Shown here: positions 22,307 through 31,451 of the stretch, in pieces | How the letters are laid out: each line of letters opens with the position of its first letter | Position numbering within the stretch: position 1 is the stretch's first letter | Assembly: GCA_965277715.1 (NCBI GenBank) | Contig: OZ255836.1 | Span: forward strand, 1,504,001-1,568,000 | Direction: 5' to 3' | Source: Gammaproteobacteria bacterium | GTDB lineage: Bacteria > Pseudomonadota > Gammaproteobacteria > JBCCGL01 | DNA length: 64,000 nt | Position numbers and translations under genes: made by a program | Notes under the pieces: generated by a model | What the model was told of the DNA's origin: nothing | The model's input: only the letters and a program-made list of their open reading frames with translations | Databases searched by the model: none

Positions 22307-22825
22307 ATGAACCCCTCCCGTCAATTCTTTATTACATTATTTTTTGCCATTTCGTTGTTCAGCACCATCGCTCACGCTAAAAATGGAGACAGAGTAGGTG
22401 ACCAACTGCACAACTTTTCATTTATCGATCCCAGTGGCGCCCAGGCAAAACTGTCTGATTATCAGGGTGAGGTAGTGCTGGTTAAGCTATGGGCAACCTG
22501 GTGTGGCGTTTGCAAAGCAAAATGGCCGGACTACCAAAAACTCTACAGCGCCGTAAAAGACCAACCGGGGGTACGCATAGTCACCCTATCAATTTTTGAA
22601 GACCCGGCTGACAGCCAGGCATGGGTGAATGGCCAGGGTTTTGATGTACCTCTGTATAAGAACCTTATCAACAATAAAGGCGCAGTGAGCGTCGCCGCTG
22701 GAGAGGATTATTTCGTTAAGGGTACACCCATGGTATTTTTGCTGGATAAACAAGGCGTGGTAAAAAAGAAAACAATCGGTTTTAAAGGTGTGATTAACGA
22801 GCAGGATATTCGCAGTTTGCTGTGA
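22307..22825 (+). CDS. TlpA-family thiol-disulfide reductase
   Basis: Signal peptide, WATWCGVC, cis-Pro motif GTP. Confidence 0.88.
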   Translation: MNPSRQFFITLFFAISLFSTIAHAKNGDRVGDQLHNFSFIDPSGAQAKLSDYQGEVVLVKLWATWCGVCKAKWPDYQKLYSAVKDQPGVRIVTLSIFEDPADSQAWVNGQGFDVPLYKNLINNKGAVSVAAGEDYFVKGTPMVFLLDKQGVVKKKTIGFKGVINEQDIRSLL

Positions 22826-22841
22826 ATGAAATACAAAGTAA

Positions 22842-22868
22842 AAAACCACGTTCTAAGAACGTGGTTTT
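22842..22868. terminator. Bidirectional intrinsic terminator
   Basis: AAAACCACGTTC-TAA-GAACGTGGTTTT between convergent genes. Confidence 0.8.
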
Positions 22869-22993
22869 GATTTCGCCCCAGCCCCCTATATTAACTTGCA
22901 CACAAGTAACTATATGGGGTCTAGAAGGGCGTATAAAGCCAGCTTTATAAATCATTCATCCACAATAACCATAAAAACCGCTTTCCTAACTAC

Positions 22994-23866
22994 TTACTCA
23001 CGCAATAACGGCCGGGTTAAACACGTCGGTCCACCCTCACACTTAATACACAAATCATCTCCATTAAAGGTATCGATAATACACCCTGCGTCCTGCAAGG
23101 CTCGCTGTGTTTTTGGCAGACCACCCACCATAATGCCGTGGCGGGGTTTAATCGCCAGCACATTTAAACTCAAGGTGTTACTGGCCTCAAATTCATCGAT
23201 TGGCGCCTCTACCAACTGCACACCACAATCCTGTAACATTTGATAAAACGCTACGGGCAGCAAGGGCTTGTGCACCAGTGCCAAATCGTGGTCGATTAAG
23301 CTGATTAGTGACATCAAATGCAAACAGGCGCTTTCGCCCGCACACACTGGCAGGTCGAATGCCTTTACTTCAACACCGCCCGGTTTTAGCAAAGTGGTCA
23401 GTTGTTCGATGCCCGATTGGTTGGTACGAAACCCCCGCCCAACAATCAGGGTATTCTCATTTAACCAGACACAATCACCCGCCTCGACAGTGCCCGGCGC
23501 CTGAATGCGACCAAGCACCGGCACGCCCAGTTTTTCATACATGCATTGGTGTGCATCGACTTCCTCACGGCGCAATACTTTACCCATACGCAGTAAAATG
23601 GCGCCCGCGTTACTCACCAGTGAAGGGTCATGGGTAAAAATGGCGTCACATAAGGTATCGGGTGCCTCGTTCATCACTATGATTTCTGCACCGCTTTTTT
23701 CCAGTTGCTGAATAAACGCCCGGTGCTGTGTATCCAGCGCCTGCCGGGTTAAACCATCACCGTAATGCCACACCGCCGGGTCTGCACTGGCCATACTGGC
23801 AGCAGGCGCACGCACGATAACGCGAGCCAGTGGCGATACCATATTTTGTGCGCCGTAATTACTCAT
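22994..23866 (-). CDS. Pentein/amidinotransferase-family hydrolase (DDAH/arginine-deiminase-like)
   Basis: DAIFTHD, RREE, EAGD, LHLMS, GGPTC catalytic motifs. Confidence 0.88.
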   Translation of the reverse strand: MSNYGAQNMVSPLARVIVRAPAASMASADPAVWHYGDGLTRQALDTQHRAFIQQLEKSGAEIIVMNEAPDTLCDAIFTHDPSLVSNAGAILLRMGKVLRREEVDAHQCMYEKLGVPVLGRIQAPGTVEAGDCVWLNENTLIVGRGFRTNQSGIEQLTTLLKPGGVEVKAFDLPVCAGESACLHLMSLISLIDHDLALVHKPLLPVAFYQMLQDCGVQLVEAPIDEFEASNTLSLNVLAIKPRHGIMVGGLPKTQRALQDAGCIIDTFNGDDLCIKCEGGPTCLTRPLLRE

Positions 23867-24479
23867 TGCCTTGAATCCTCTCGATTGTGTGTAGGTCGTT
23901 TTTGATAAGCGACAGGGTTTGTTGGTGGTCGATAGCGGTACAAAATTCCCGGTTTAAACTGGCGATAGCCATCGCATGTACTTGCTCCGGTTCATAATCG
24001 GTGCCGTCGATACCAACCCGGTTGGTGGTGGCACAGGCATCGTGTACCAAATAAGTATCGTAACCCAGGTTGCCCGCCATGCGCGTCGTGGTTTCGACAC
24101 AGAAATTGGTAAAAAACCCCACAACCACCAACCGTGAGATACCTAAGCGTCGCAACTCAATCTCCAGGTTGGTGCCAATAAATCCACTGTTGACATCTTT
24201 GCGGATAAGCACTTCGCCTTCGAGGGGTTCAAAGCCGGGTTTTATCGCACCGCTGGGCAGTGACCATTTGAGTGGCGAGGCCGCTTCACGCGAGTCGTGC
24301 TGGGTAAAAAATACCGGCAGGGAATGTGTACGCCAGGCACTGAGCAAGGCGTGTATATGGGATTCTGCCTCAGGGTTGTTGCGCCGCCCCGTTGGCCCAC
24401 CCCAGTGTTCGAGCGCATCGACGCCGACCTGCACATCAATCAACAGGAGGGCTGTGTTATTTGTAAATTGCTTGATCAT
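23859..24479 (-). CDS. Isochorismatase-family cysteine hydrolase
   Basis: D-K-C triad: IDVQ, IRKDVNSGF, TNFCVETT. Confidence 0.9.
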   Translation of the reverse strand: MIKQFTNNTALLLIDVQVGVDALEHWGGPTGRRNNPEAESHIHALLSAWRTHSLPVFFTQHDSREAASPLKWSLPSGAIKPGFEPLEGEVLIRKDVNSGFIGTNLEIELRRLGISRLVVVGFFTNFCVETTTRMAGNLGYDTYLVHDACATTNRVGIDGTDYEPEQVHAMAIASLNREFCTAIDHQQTLSLIKNDLHTIERIQGNE

Positions 24480-24480
24480 T

Positions 24481-26118
24481 TTATAGGTACTTCGCAGGTG
24501 GGTTTGAATTCAGTCGTTGATTGGGAATCAGCTCCGCCTCATCGAGTTGAAGTAAAGACGGTTTGCCACGCTTAACAGCATCCATTAATCGCCGTTCAAT
24601 ATCATCCAATGTGGTCAGTTTTTCAGCGTGAATGCCATAGGCACTGGCGAGTGCAATAAAGTCCGGGGTAAATAAATCCACGCCCTCAGGGGCGATATTT
24701 TTTTCCCGCATAAAGGCTTTAATTTCACCGTAACCATTATTATTCCAGACTAATAAAATAACCGGCGTTTGTGCATCAATGGCTGAGGCCAGTTCGGCTA
24801 TTGAGAATTGCAGCCCACCATCCCCCACCAGGCACAACACAGGCCGATCACGCGCAGCAATTTTTGCACCGATAGCCGCCGGTAAGGCATACCCCAGTGT
24901 GCCAAAACCGGTGGCGGAGTTAAACCAGCTACAGGGGGTTTGCGCGGCGAAATACAGGGCGCCAGCATAGGCTTGCTGGCTGGAGTCACCGACCAATAAG
25001 GCATCGGGTAGGGTATCGCGGATTTTATTTAATAAGCCAGTATGCTGGCGCATGGATTCGGGCAATTCATCCATCGCCGCTGTGCGTGCCGCTGCGGCGC
25101 GGGTTGCCCCACAGGCTTTTGGTTTGACCGCCACGGCGTCGGCGAGAACGCGGCAGGTTTCGTCAGCATCACCCACCAGGGCGATATCAGCGAGCCAGTT
25201 GCGGTAGAGTTGTTGCGGATCTATATCGACGCGGATCAATGTGCCCGGTATCGTAAATTCACCGCTCTCGTAAAAATCGTAATCCGTTCGCCCTATTTCA
25301 GTACCAAATGCGACAACGACCTCGGCACCTTCAATTAGGTGGCGCACGGCATTTAGCGTCGGGCTGGCGGGAACTAATAAGGGGTGTTCGGGTGGGAGTA
25401 TGCCGCGTGCATTGACGGTGGGTATTACCGGTGCATCGAGTTTTTCTGCGAGTAAACGCAGCGCGTCTGCGCTGCGCTTTGCACCGCCACCGACGCACAG
25501 TACAACACGACTGGCGGCATTCAGTGCCGTTACCGCTGTTTCAATTTGGTGTTTATTTGGCCGTGGTGGCACAGCTTTACCTGCACGCTTTGCCGGGGGC
25601 ATATGTGCTGCTGAGCGCACCATTACATCCAGCGGAATTTCAATATGTACCGGGCGTGGCCTGGCCCCATCAAAGACAGCATAGGCGCGTGCCAAAATAC
25701 TGGGTAGGTCATCGACCCGCAGCAGGGTATGACTAAACGCGCTGATTTGCGACATCAGTGCGCTTTGATTCGGCAGTTCGTGTAAATAGCCAGCCCCCTG
25801 CCCCAGGTTGTCCAGGGCGTTGACCGCCGAGATAACCAGCATCGGGATCGAGTCGGCGTAAGCTTGCGCCATCGCCGTGGCAATATTGGTCAACCCAGGG
25901 CCGGTGATAATAAAACACACACCTGGCTTGCCGCTCACCCGTGCGTAGCCATCAGCCATAAACCCCGCACCCTGTTCGTGGCGCGGTGTGTAATGGCGGA
26001 TTGACGACTGTTCTAACCCCCGGTAAAGCGCAACGGTGTGCACACCAGGGATGCCAAATACCTGTTCAACTTCGTATTGTTCAAGTAGCTCAAGCAGATA
26101 TTCGCCAGTTGTTTTCAT
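24481..26118 (-). CDS. aruI: ThDP-dependent 5-guanidino-2-oxopentanoate decarboxylase
   Basis: FGIPGVHT, RHEQGAGFMADGYAR, GYLHELPNQ, GDGG...NN motif; follows an AruH-like aminotransferase. Confidence 0.8.
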   Translation of the reverse strand: MKTTGEYLLELLEQYEVEQVFGIPGVHTVALYRGLEQSSIRHYTPRHEQGAGFMADGYARVSGKPGVCFIITGPGLTNIATAMAQAYADSIPMLVISAVNALDNLGQGAGYLHELPNQSALMSQISAFSHTLLRVDDLPSILARAYAVFDGARPRPVHIEIPLDVMVRSAAHMPPAKRAGKAVPPRPNKHQIETAVTALNAASRVVLCVGGGAKRSADALRLLAEKLDAPVIPTVNARGILPPEHPLLVPASPTLNAVRHLIEGAEVVVAFGTEIGRTDYDFYESGEFTIPGTLIRVDIDPQQLYRNWLADIALVGDADETCRVLADAVAVKPKACGATRAAAARTAAMDELPESMRQHTGLLNKIRDTLPDALLVGDSSQQAYAGALYFAAQTPCSWFNSATGFGTLGYALPAAIGAKIAARDRPVLCLVGDGGLQFSIAELASAIDAQTPVILLVWNNNGYGEIKAFMREKNIAPEGVDLFTPDFIALASAYGIHAEKLTTLDDIERRLMDAVKRGKPSLLQLDEAELIPNQRLNSNPPAKYL

Positions 26119-26168
26119 ACGGTTTCCTGTGGTGCCCAATAGTTCGGTTACGCGTTCGGTTTAACTGC

Positions 26169-27347
26169 TTACGCCGGAGCAAAGCGCTGCATAAACCGCT
26201 CAATGCGCACACAGGCTTCACGCAATTGTGCGTCTGATAAGGTGAAGGAAATGCGTATAAACCCCTCTGCACAGGCGCCAAAGGTGGTTGCATCCAGCGT
26301 TGCCACACCCGTTTCACGGTATAACACATTGGCAAATTCACCCGCGCTTAGCCCCGTTTTGCGCACATCGACCATCAGGTACATAGCCGCTTGTGGCACA
26401 AGGCAGTCGAGTAGCGCTATCTCATTCAGCGCAGTGACGAGTAAATCGCGTCGACGGCGGTAGATGGCGCACATGTCGGCCGCTTCGTGCTTTGCCTGGC
26501 GCAGTGCATACAAACCCGCTGTCTGGATAAACCCCGGCAAGCCGTAAAGCATACACAGCGCCACATTGTACAAGTGTTCAATCAGTGTCTCGGGGCCAAT
26601 GGCCCAGCCGATCCGCCAGCCGGTCATGGCATGTGATTTCGACAGGCTGTTGATAGTAACGGTGCGTTCAGTCATACCGGGTAGGCTGGCGATGCAGTGG
26701 TGCTCGGCTTCAAAGGTAATATCACAGTACACCTCATCGGCGACCACCCATAAATCGTGTTCAATCGCCAGCGCAGCGATAGCTTGCAACTCTTCGTGAC
26801 GCATCATCACGCCGGTTGGGTTATTCGGTGTGGCGAAATAAATGGCACGGGTACGGGGGGTAATCGCTGCAGCCAGTGCCTGGGCATTGAGCCGGAAGCC
26901 ATTGTGTTGATCCAGCGATACCGGCACCAATGTGGCCCCTGTCATCTGAATACAGGCTTCATAGGTGATATACATCGGTTGCAGGACGATAATCTCATCA
27001 CCGTGATCGGCGATGCACAACGACGTGGCGAACAGGCTGTTTTGTGCCCCCGCCAACACGATCACATTATCGCGGTGAGTGACCTGCCCGCAGCGCTGTT
27101 GGTGGTCTGCGGCGATGGCATCGCGCAGCGCATCGCGGCCACGCACTTCTGAATAGTGGGTGTCTCCACCGCGCAGGGCATCAACCGCCGCCTCGCTAAT
27201 ATCGGCGGGAGTGGCAAAATCTGGATCGCCTACGCTCAGCAAAATAACATCCTCACCCCGGTTCAGATCCTGGTGCGCCCGATAGTGCAATTCCCATGCG
27301 TCAACCGTCTCACCCTGAATACGTTGAGTTAATGCGGAGTAGTTCAT
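26169..27347 (-). CDS. aruH: PLP-dependent class I aminotransferase (arginine:pyruvate transaminase-like)
   Basis: AWELHY, LLSVGDPDF, PNNPTG, DEVY, SLSKSHAMTGWRIGW. Confidence 0.8.
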   Translation of the reverse strand: MNYSALTQRIQGETVDAWELHYRAHQDLNRGEDVILLSVGDPDFATPADISEAAVDALRGGDTHYSEVRGRDALRDAIAADHQQRCGQVTHRDNVIVLAGAQNSLFATSLCIADHGDEIIVLQPMYITYEACIQMTGATLVPVSLDQHNGFRLNAQALAAAITPRTRAIYFATPNNPTGVMMRHEELQAIAALAIEHDLWVVADEVYCDITFEAEHHCIASLPGMTERTVTINSLSKSHAMTGWRIGWAIGPETLIEHLYNVALCMLYGLPGFIQTAGLYALRQAKHEAADMCAIYRRRRDLLVTALNEIALLDCLVPQAAMYLMVDVRKTGLSAGEFANVLYRETGVATLDATTFGACAEGFIRISFTLSDAQLREACVRIERFMQRFAPA

Positions 27348-27654
27348 GGTGTTTGCGTGGCTCGACTCAATGGGGTGTAGGTAGGGATTGCAGGTAAAGA
27401 GCATTGTTAAGGCGACTTCACTGGTGAAGGCAATTCTAAAGTGTAACGCCCGACACATCCAGCCATCGGCGCATACAATTCACATGGTAATTTATGTGGA
27501 AATTTATGCGGCATATGCCTCACTCCAACTGACACATTGGCTAAGCAAACCAAACGATCTCAGAGGCCTAAGAAAGGGCTCAGGGCAGGTATTTTTACAC
27601 GTACTTATGCTAAAGTAATGGGTATTACCCATCTGGCAGGCACAGGTTATCACC

Positions 27655-28623
27655 ATGAAATTTCTCGATGTTCGCACGGATTTCGCTTTTAAAAAAGTCT
27701 TCGGCAGTGAAGACTCAAAGCCGCGTTTGATTTCATTGTTAAACGCTATTGTCGATTTTGAGCACGCCATTACAGATGTCGATATTGTCGATCCCTACAA
27801 TATTCCGCAGCTCAAAGGCATGAAGGATACGTTTGTTGATGTGAAGGCGGTGCTGGACGATAAGACCACCGCTATTATCGAAATGCAGGTGCTCAATCAT
27901 CCCGGTTTTGAAAACCGCGTGTTATACAACGCCGCGAAAAACTACTCGACACAACTGGTCAAAGGCCAGCGTTACGACCTGCTAAAGCCTGTGATCGCCA
28001 TCACCTTTGTCAACTTCCCTATGTTTGAAGATAACCGCGAAGTCATTAATTATTTCAAAATGATTAACAAAAAAGACTTTAGCGATTACCACGATGATAT
28101 TGAGTTAATTTTTATAGAATTACCCAAATTCACCAAAACCCTTGAACAATGTGATGACATAAGCGATCACTGGTTTTTCTTTTTAAAAAATGCCGGTGAC
28201 TTAAGCATCATGCCTGAAAACCTCCCTCCACCGTTACAAACGGCATACGCGGTAAGCAACGAAGCGGGGATGAGCAAAGAAGAGTTGGAATTACAATACA
28301 ATAAACAACAATATATAGCTATTCAAATGGGTGCTTTAACTCTGGCTGAAGAAAAAGGAATGAAAAAAGGCATAGAAAAAGGGATAGAAAAAGGGATAGA
28401 AAAAGGGATAGAAAAAGGCATAGAAAAAGGCATAGAAAAAGGGATAGAAAAAGGCATAGAAAAAGGCATAGAAAAAGGGATCGAAAAAGGCATAGAAAAG
28501 GGGTTAGAAAAGGGCGCTCAACAAAAAGGTATAGACATCGCTAAAAAAATGCAATCTGAAGGTTTAAATGCGACGTTAATCAAAAAAATGACGGGGATTG
28601 ATATTGAGGAGAAAAGTAATTAA
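27655..28623 (+). CDS. Rpn/PD-(D/E)XK nuclease-family protein
   Basis: DFAFKKVFG, TFVDVKA, IIEMQV, FIELPKF, C-terminal IAKKM...IKKMTG. Confidence 0.9.
   Translation: MKFLDVRTDFAFKKVFGSEDSKPRLISLLNAIVDFEHAITDVDIVDPYNIPQLKGMKDTFVDVKAVLDDKTTAIIEMQVLNHPGFENRVLYNAAKNYSTQLVKGQRYDLLKPVIAITFVNFPMFEDNREVINYFKMINKKDFSDYHDDIELIFIELPKFTKTLEQCDDISDHWFFFLKNAGDLSIMPENLPPPLQTAYAVSNEAGMSKEELELQYNKQQYIAIQMGALTLAEEKGMKKGIEKGIEKGIEKGIEKGIEKGIEKGIEKGIEKGIEKGIEKGIEKGLEKGAQQKGIDIAKKMQSEGLNATLIKKMTGIDIEEKSN
28369..28512 (+). repeat. 12-bp coding tandem repeat GG(C/G)ATAGAAAAA (11 x GIEK plus GLEK)
   Basis: Counted directly from the sequence. Confidence 0.95.
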
Positions 28624-28735
28624 CCGGGCAAGAGGGAGTACAATTTAGCGACAATACAAATCGTGCAACACTTCAACAACACGCTCCACATCGGTACTGC
28701 CTATACTGTAATAAATCAGCTTTCCTTCGCGGCGT

Positions 28736-29017
28736 GTGTTCACCAACGCATCGTTGCGCAAGGAATTCCACTTGTGGGGGTTTGAAGACGTCGCTGAAAT
28801 GGGCCGCTATATGGGAGGTGGTGCGTTGATGGGCATAGGCGGAGTACTTGCCGGGGGGTGTACATTCGGCCAGGGTATTACCGGGGTTTCAACGTTGGGG
28901 CTTGTGTCTTTTCTTACCTCGATCAGTATTGTTGTCGGGGCCTTGCTTGGTATTCGTTATTTGGAATACGGTTCCTTGGTCGGGGCGTTAAAAAGCGTCT
29001 GGTTTAATCTAACTTAA
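28736..29017 (+). pseudogene. YeeE/YedE-family transporter C-terminal fragment
   Basis: GGALMGIGGVLAGGCTFGQG motif; N-terminal part absent. Confidence 0.7.
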
Positions 29018-29384
29018 CCCGCCTTTGCCTGCTGTTCAAAAAAAGACGCACCGGTTGGTACTTCTGGGAATGTCATCGAGTAATCGCTACAACGCACTCG
29101 ATTTGTGCATTCTCCACGAACTATCTCGTACATGTATTGACTGGGAATGTGGTTAGCCTGTAATGGATAGGCATCCTCCGCCATATATTCACAGATAAAC
29201 AATGTGCGCGGTTTATCGGAAAGATTAGGGGCCGAGCCGTGCAACAAACGGGCGTGCATCAAACAGGCCGAACCCGCCGGGCCATAGCAGGAAACGGCCT
29301 GTATTTTCATTTCAGTCGCAATAGCATCAGACACTGCACCGATAAATACGCCATCCTGCCAATGCTCGTAGAGCGGGCCTTTAT
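29014..29384 (-). pseudogene. PhyH-family Fe(II)/2-oxoglutarate dioxygenase, 3' part (split by the prophage)
   Basis: GPAGSACLMHARLLHGSAPN...R; joins 63872-64000 in frame when the prophage and one TTTAT copy are removed. Confidence 0.9.
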
Positions 29385-29505
29385 TGTAGGGTGATGTTTA
29401 AAACAAGATAAATGAGAAACACCAAAAAACGCCCAAAACGCGCATTTTTAAACGCTTTTGGGGGAATTGAGTGAAAAACGAATTAACGTTTGAAATAAGA
29501 CAAAA
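29385..29505 (+). repeat. Prophage left end with transposase-binding sites
   Basis: ATGTTTAAAACAAGATAAAT (29394-29413) and ACGTTTGAAATAAGACAAAA (29486-29505) match the right-end sites. Confidence 0.8.
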
Positions 29506-29612
29506 TGAATACAAAAACCGAAATTTTCCGGTAAAAAACCCTCAATATACTGGTAATAATAGTTCGTTAAATGGCCATTAAATGATTATTGATAACCTTC
29601 CCGGTTAGACCG

Positions 29613-30113
29613 TTATTTGAATTCGTAACGAATAAATGGCTGATCGCGCTTTATGTAAAGTGGATGCCGGGGTGCTCCGTGCTTTGTCAGGCCTAGACAC
29701 CACGCCGTCGCGTTCGCTTCGTGAATCATGTGAGCGATCTGGTTTACTCTGTCTAGTTTTGCGTCAGCGCCCCATGCGCAGATTACATTCTCGCGCGAAT
29801 CAAGCGCGCCCTTGATGTAATCGTCATTAAGCGGGCCTACTGGGTCCTTGTGCAACCATAAGTTCTTAGGTTCTTTCGATCTCAGTGCATAAAGGTTGAC
29901 GACTTCCAAGCCATCGCAATTCGATCTGGCGGCGAAATCGCGACAACGACGCATCGTTTGATCGTCTATCAGCGCATCAGCAGTGGATGGATTTAGCATA
30001 ATAAACAACATCTGTCTGTTGGCAGGGTGATGTATCTGTGATGGTCTCGTTAGCGAGTATCTGTATTCACCACACTGGCTTATCTTACATGTATTACCAA
30101 ATTGTTCAGTCAT
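29613..30113 (-). CDS. DUF1643-family protein
   Basis: YRYSL, FIMLNPSTAD, VVNLYA, CAWG, PRHPLY. Confidence 0.85.
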   Translation of the reverse strand: MTEQFGNTCKISQCGEYRYSLTRPSQIHHPANRQMLFIMLNPSTADALIDDQTMRRCRDFAARSNCDGLEVVNLYALRSKEPKNLWLHKDPVGPLNDDYIKGALDSRENVICAWGADAKLDRVNQIAHMIHEANATAWCLGLTKHGAPRHPLYIKRDQPFIRYEFK

Positions 30114-30238
30114 AACTATGGTCTCTTGTGTTATCGTTCTAATCATGTAGCGCTCGACGACCGGAAAATCGCCGTCCCGGCCTTGCGACTTTGCCTTGAG
30201 CATTGCGCTGTATGATGACGCAGGCGTCCATCCGTGTG

Positions 30239-31450
30239 CTACAGCTTGCCCTTTATTAGCTCGTATTGGTTGCGGTCTTTAAAGTTTTCAGCCCGCCCAA
30301 TGCCTGCTGAACGGATGCTGTTTGATACTTCCCCTTTTGAATTAAAATTTATGGATACGGCAATCTTTCCTGTTTTGCCTTTGTTTTTGTCACCATCGAA
30401 TAAGTAGATTAACGCTTTGTGTCTAATGTCCCAGATTACAGTTGCAGTTTGGAGCGACACGGGAATGTTTAATAGTTGTTCTCGCGAAAGCGCTATATCG
30501 TTGCGCTTTTTGAGACCACGAACCATCCTGCGCAACCGTGCGTCTTTGAGCGTTATAGTCGCCGTGTTTACGCCTATGCCTTTTTCCGCCGCGAATTTCA
30601 CGACCTCGTGCGACAGATAGCCAACAGTGCGGATCTCGCCGCGCGAGTTATTATCATCGAGCACGTTTGCCGCCCAAGATTTATACGGCTTGGCTATGAG
30701 TTTCGTTAACAGCTCTGTGTTGTTTAGAACGCGCTCTTGCAGCGCCTCGGGCAGTGCTATTGCGCGCTTACCGAATGCGAGATCAGGCCCGAGCCATGAC
30801 TTACCCACGTTGTAATCCCATCCGGTATCAATGCCTTCGGGGACATCGCCTAGAACTTCGCCAGTCTGTAGATCAATGCGGGGGGTCGGATTTAGCGGCG
30901 GGGCCTCTTCTATTTGCAAACCTGCTTTGTCAATATCGCGTTGTGACAGTGAACGCACTGTGCAGCGACAACCCCATCCATTAAGGGGGTAATGTGTGTC
31001 CCACCAGGGGTGATCTATCGGGAATACGCGCTCATGCCATTGCCGATGTGCGTCTCTGGTACGTGCGTCATCGACTGATAAATATTGTAAGTACGGGCGG
31101 GAATTCTTTAAACGTTGAAACTGCTGCCACTTGCCCGCAGCCCTTGCTGTGCGCATGTTTGTGTCGTAAATCACACGTGTGCGCCAGCCGCGTTTGCCTT
31201 TATATGACCATCCGTGTTTATCGACGATTTCGTCAAAATCTTTGCGGAAGTCTTCGATTGTGAGACCTTCGTCAATCATTCGATTGATCGATTTGTGAAA
31301 GTCCCCAACGATTGCTTGCTTGGTTGCCCCGGCCACAGTGAAAGCCTTGGCGTGGGCTTCGCCGCGCATGTCCGAATGTGAGGCTGTTGGTATATCGATC
31401 TTTGCGGTAAGGTGGTCGATTGCTTCTTTGAATCTAACGTTGGGCGTCAT
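30239..31450 (-). CDS. MuF/gp30 head morphogenesis protein with C-terminal extension
   Basis: AFTVAGA, IYDTNMR, DARTRDAH, HYPLNGWGCRC, plus about 150 extra C-terminal residues. Confidence 0.9.
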   Translation of the reverse strand: MTPNVRFKEAIDHLTAKIDIPTASHSDMRGEAHAKAFTVAGATKQAIVGDFHKSINRMIDEGLTIEDFRKDFDEIVDKHGWSYKGKRGWRTRVIYDTNMRTARAAGKWQQFQRLKNSRPYLQYLSVDDARTRDAHRQWHERVFPIDHPWWDTHYPLNGWGCRCTVRSLSQRDIDKAGLQIEEAPPLNPTPRIDLQTGEVLGDVPEGIDTGWDYNVGKSWLGPDLAFGKRAIALPEALQERVLNNTELLTKLIAKPYKSWAANVLDDNNSRGEIRTVGYLSHEVVKFAAEKGIGVNTATITLKDARLRRMVRGLKKRNDIALSREQLLNIPVSLQTATVIWDIRHKALIYLFDGDKNKGKTGKIAVSINFNSKGEVSNSIRSAGIGRAENFKDRNQYELIKGKL

Positions 31451-31451
31451 A

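Noticed and set aside
28369-28512. Tandem repeat array as a possible CRISPR or guide array
   Set aside because: The 12-bp units are contiguous, have no spacers and are in frame within the Rpn gene; no cas genes are present
29379-29384. 6-bp target duplication
   Set aside because: CTTTAT and TTTATG do not match; only the 5-bp TTTAT restores the reading frame
29518-29605. Possible third Mor box near the left end (CCGAAATTTTCCGG and TTCCCGG)
   Set aside because: Only half-sites or wrong spacing, and no gene starts 35 nt away
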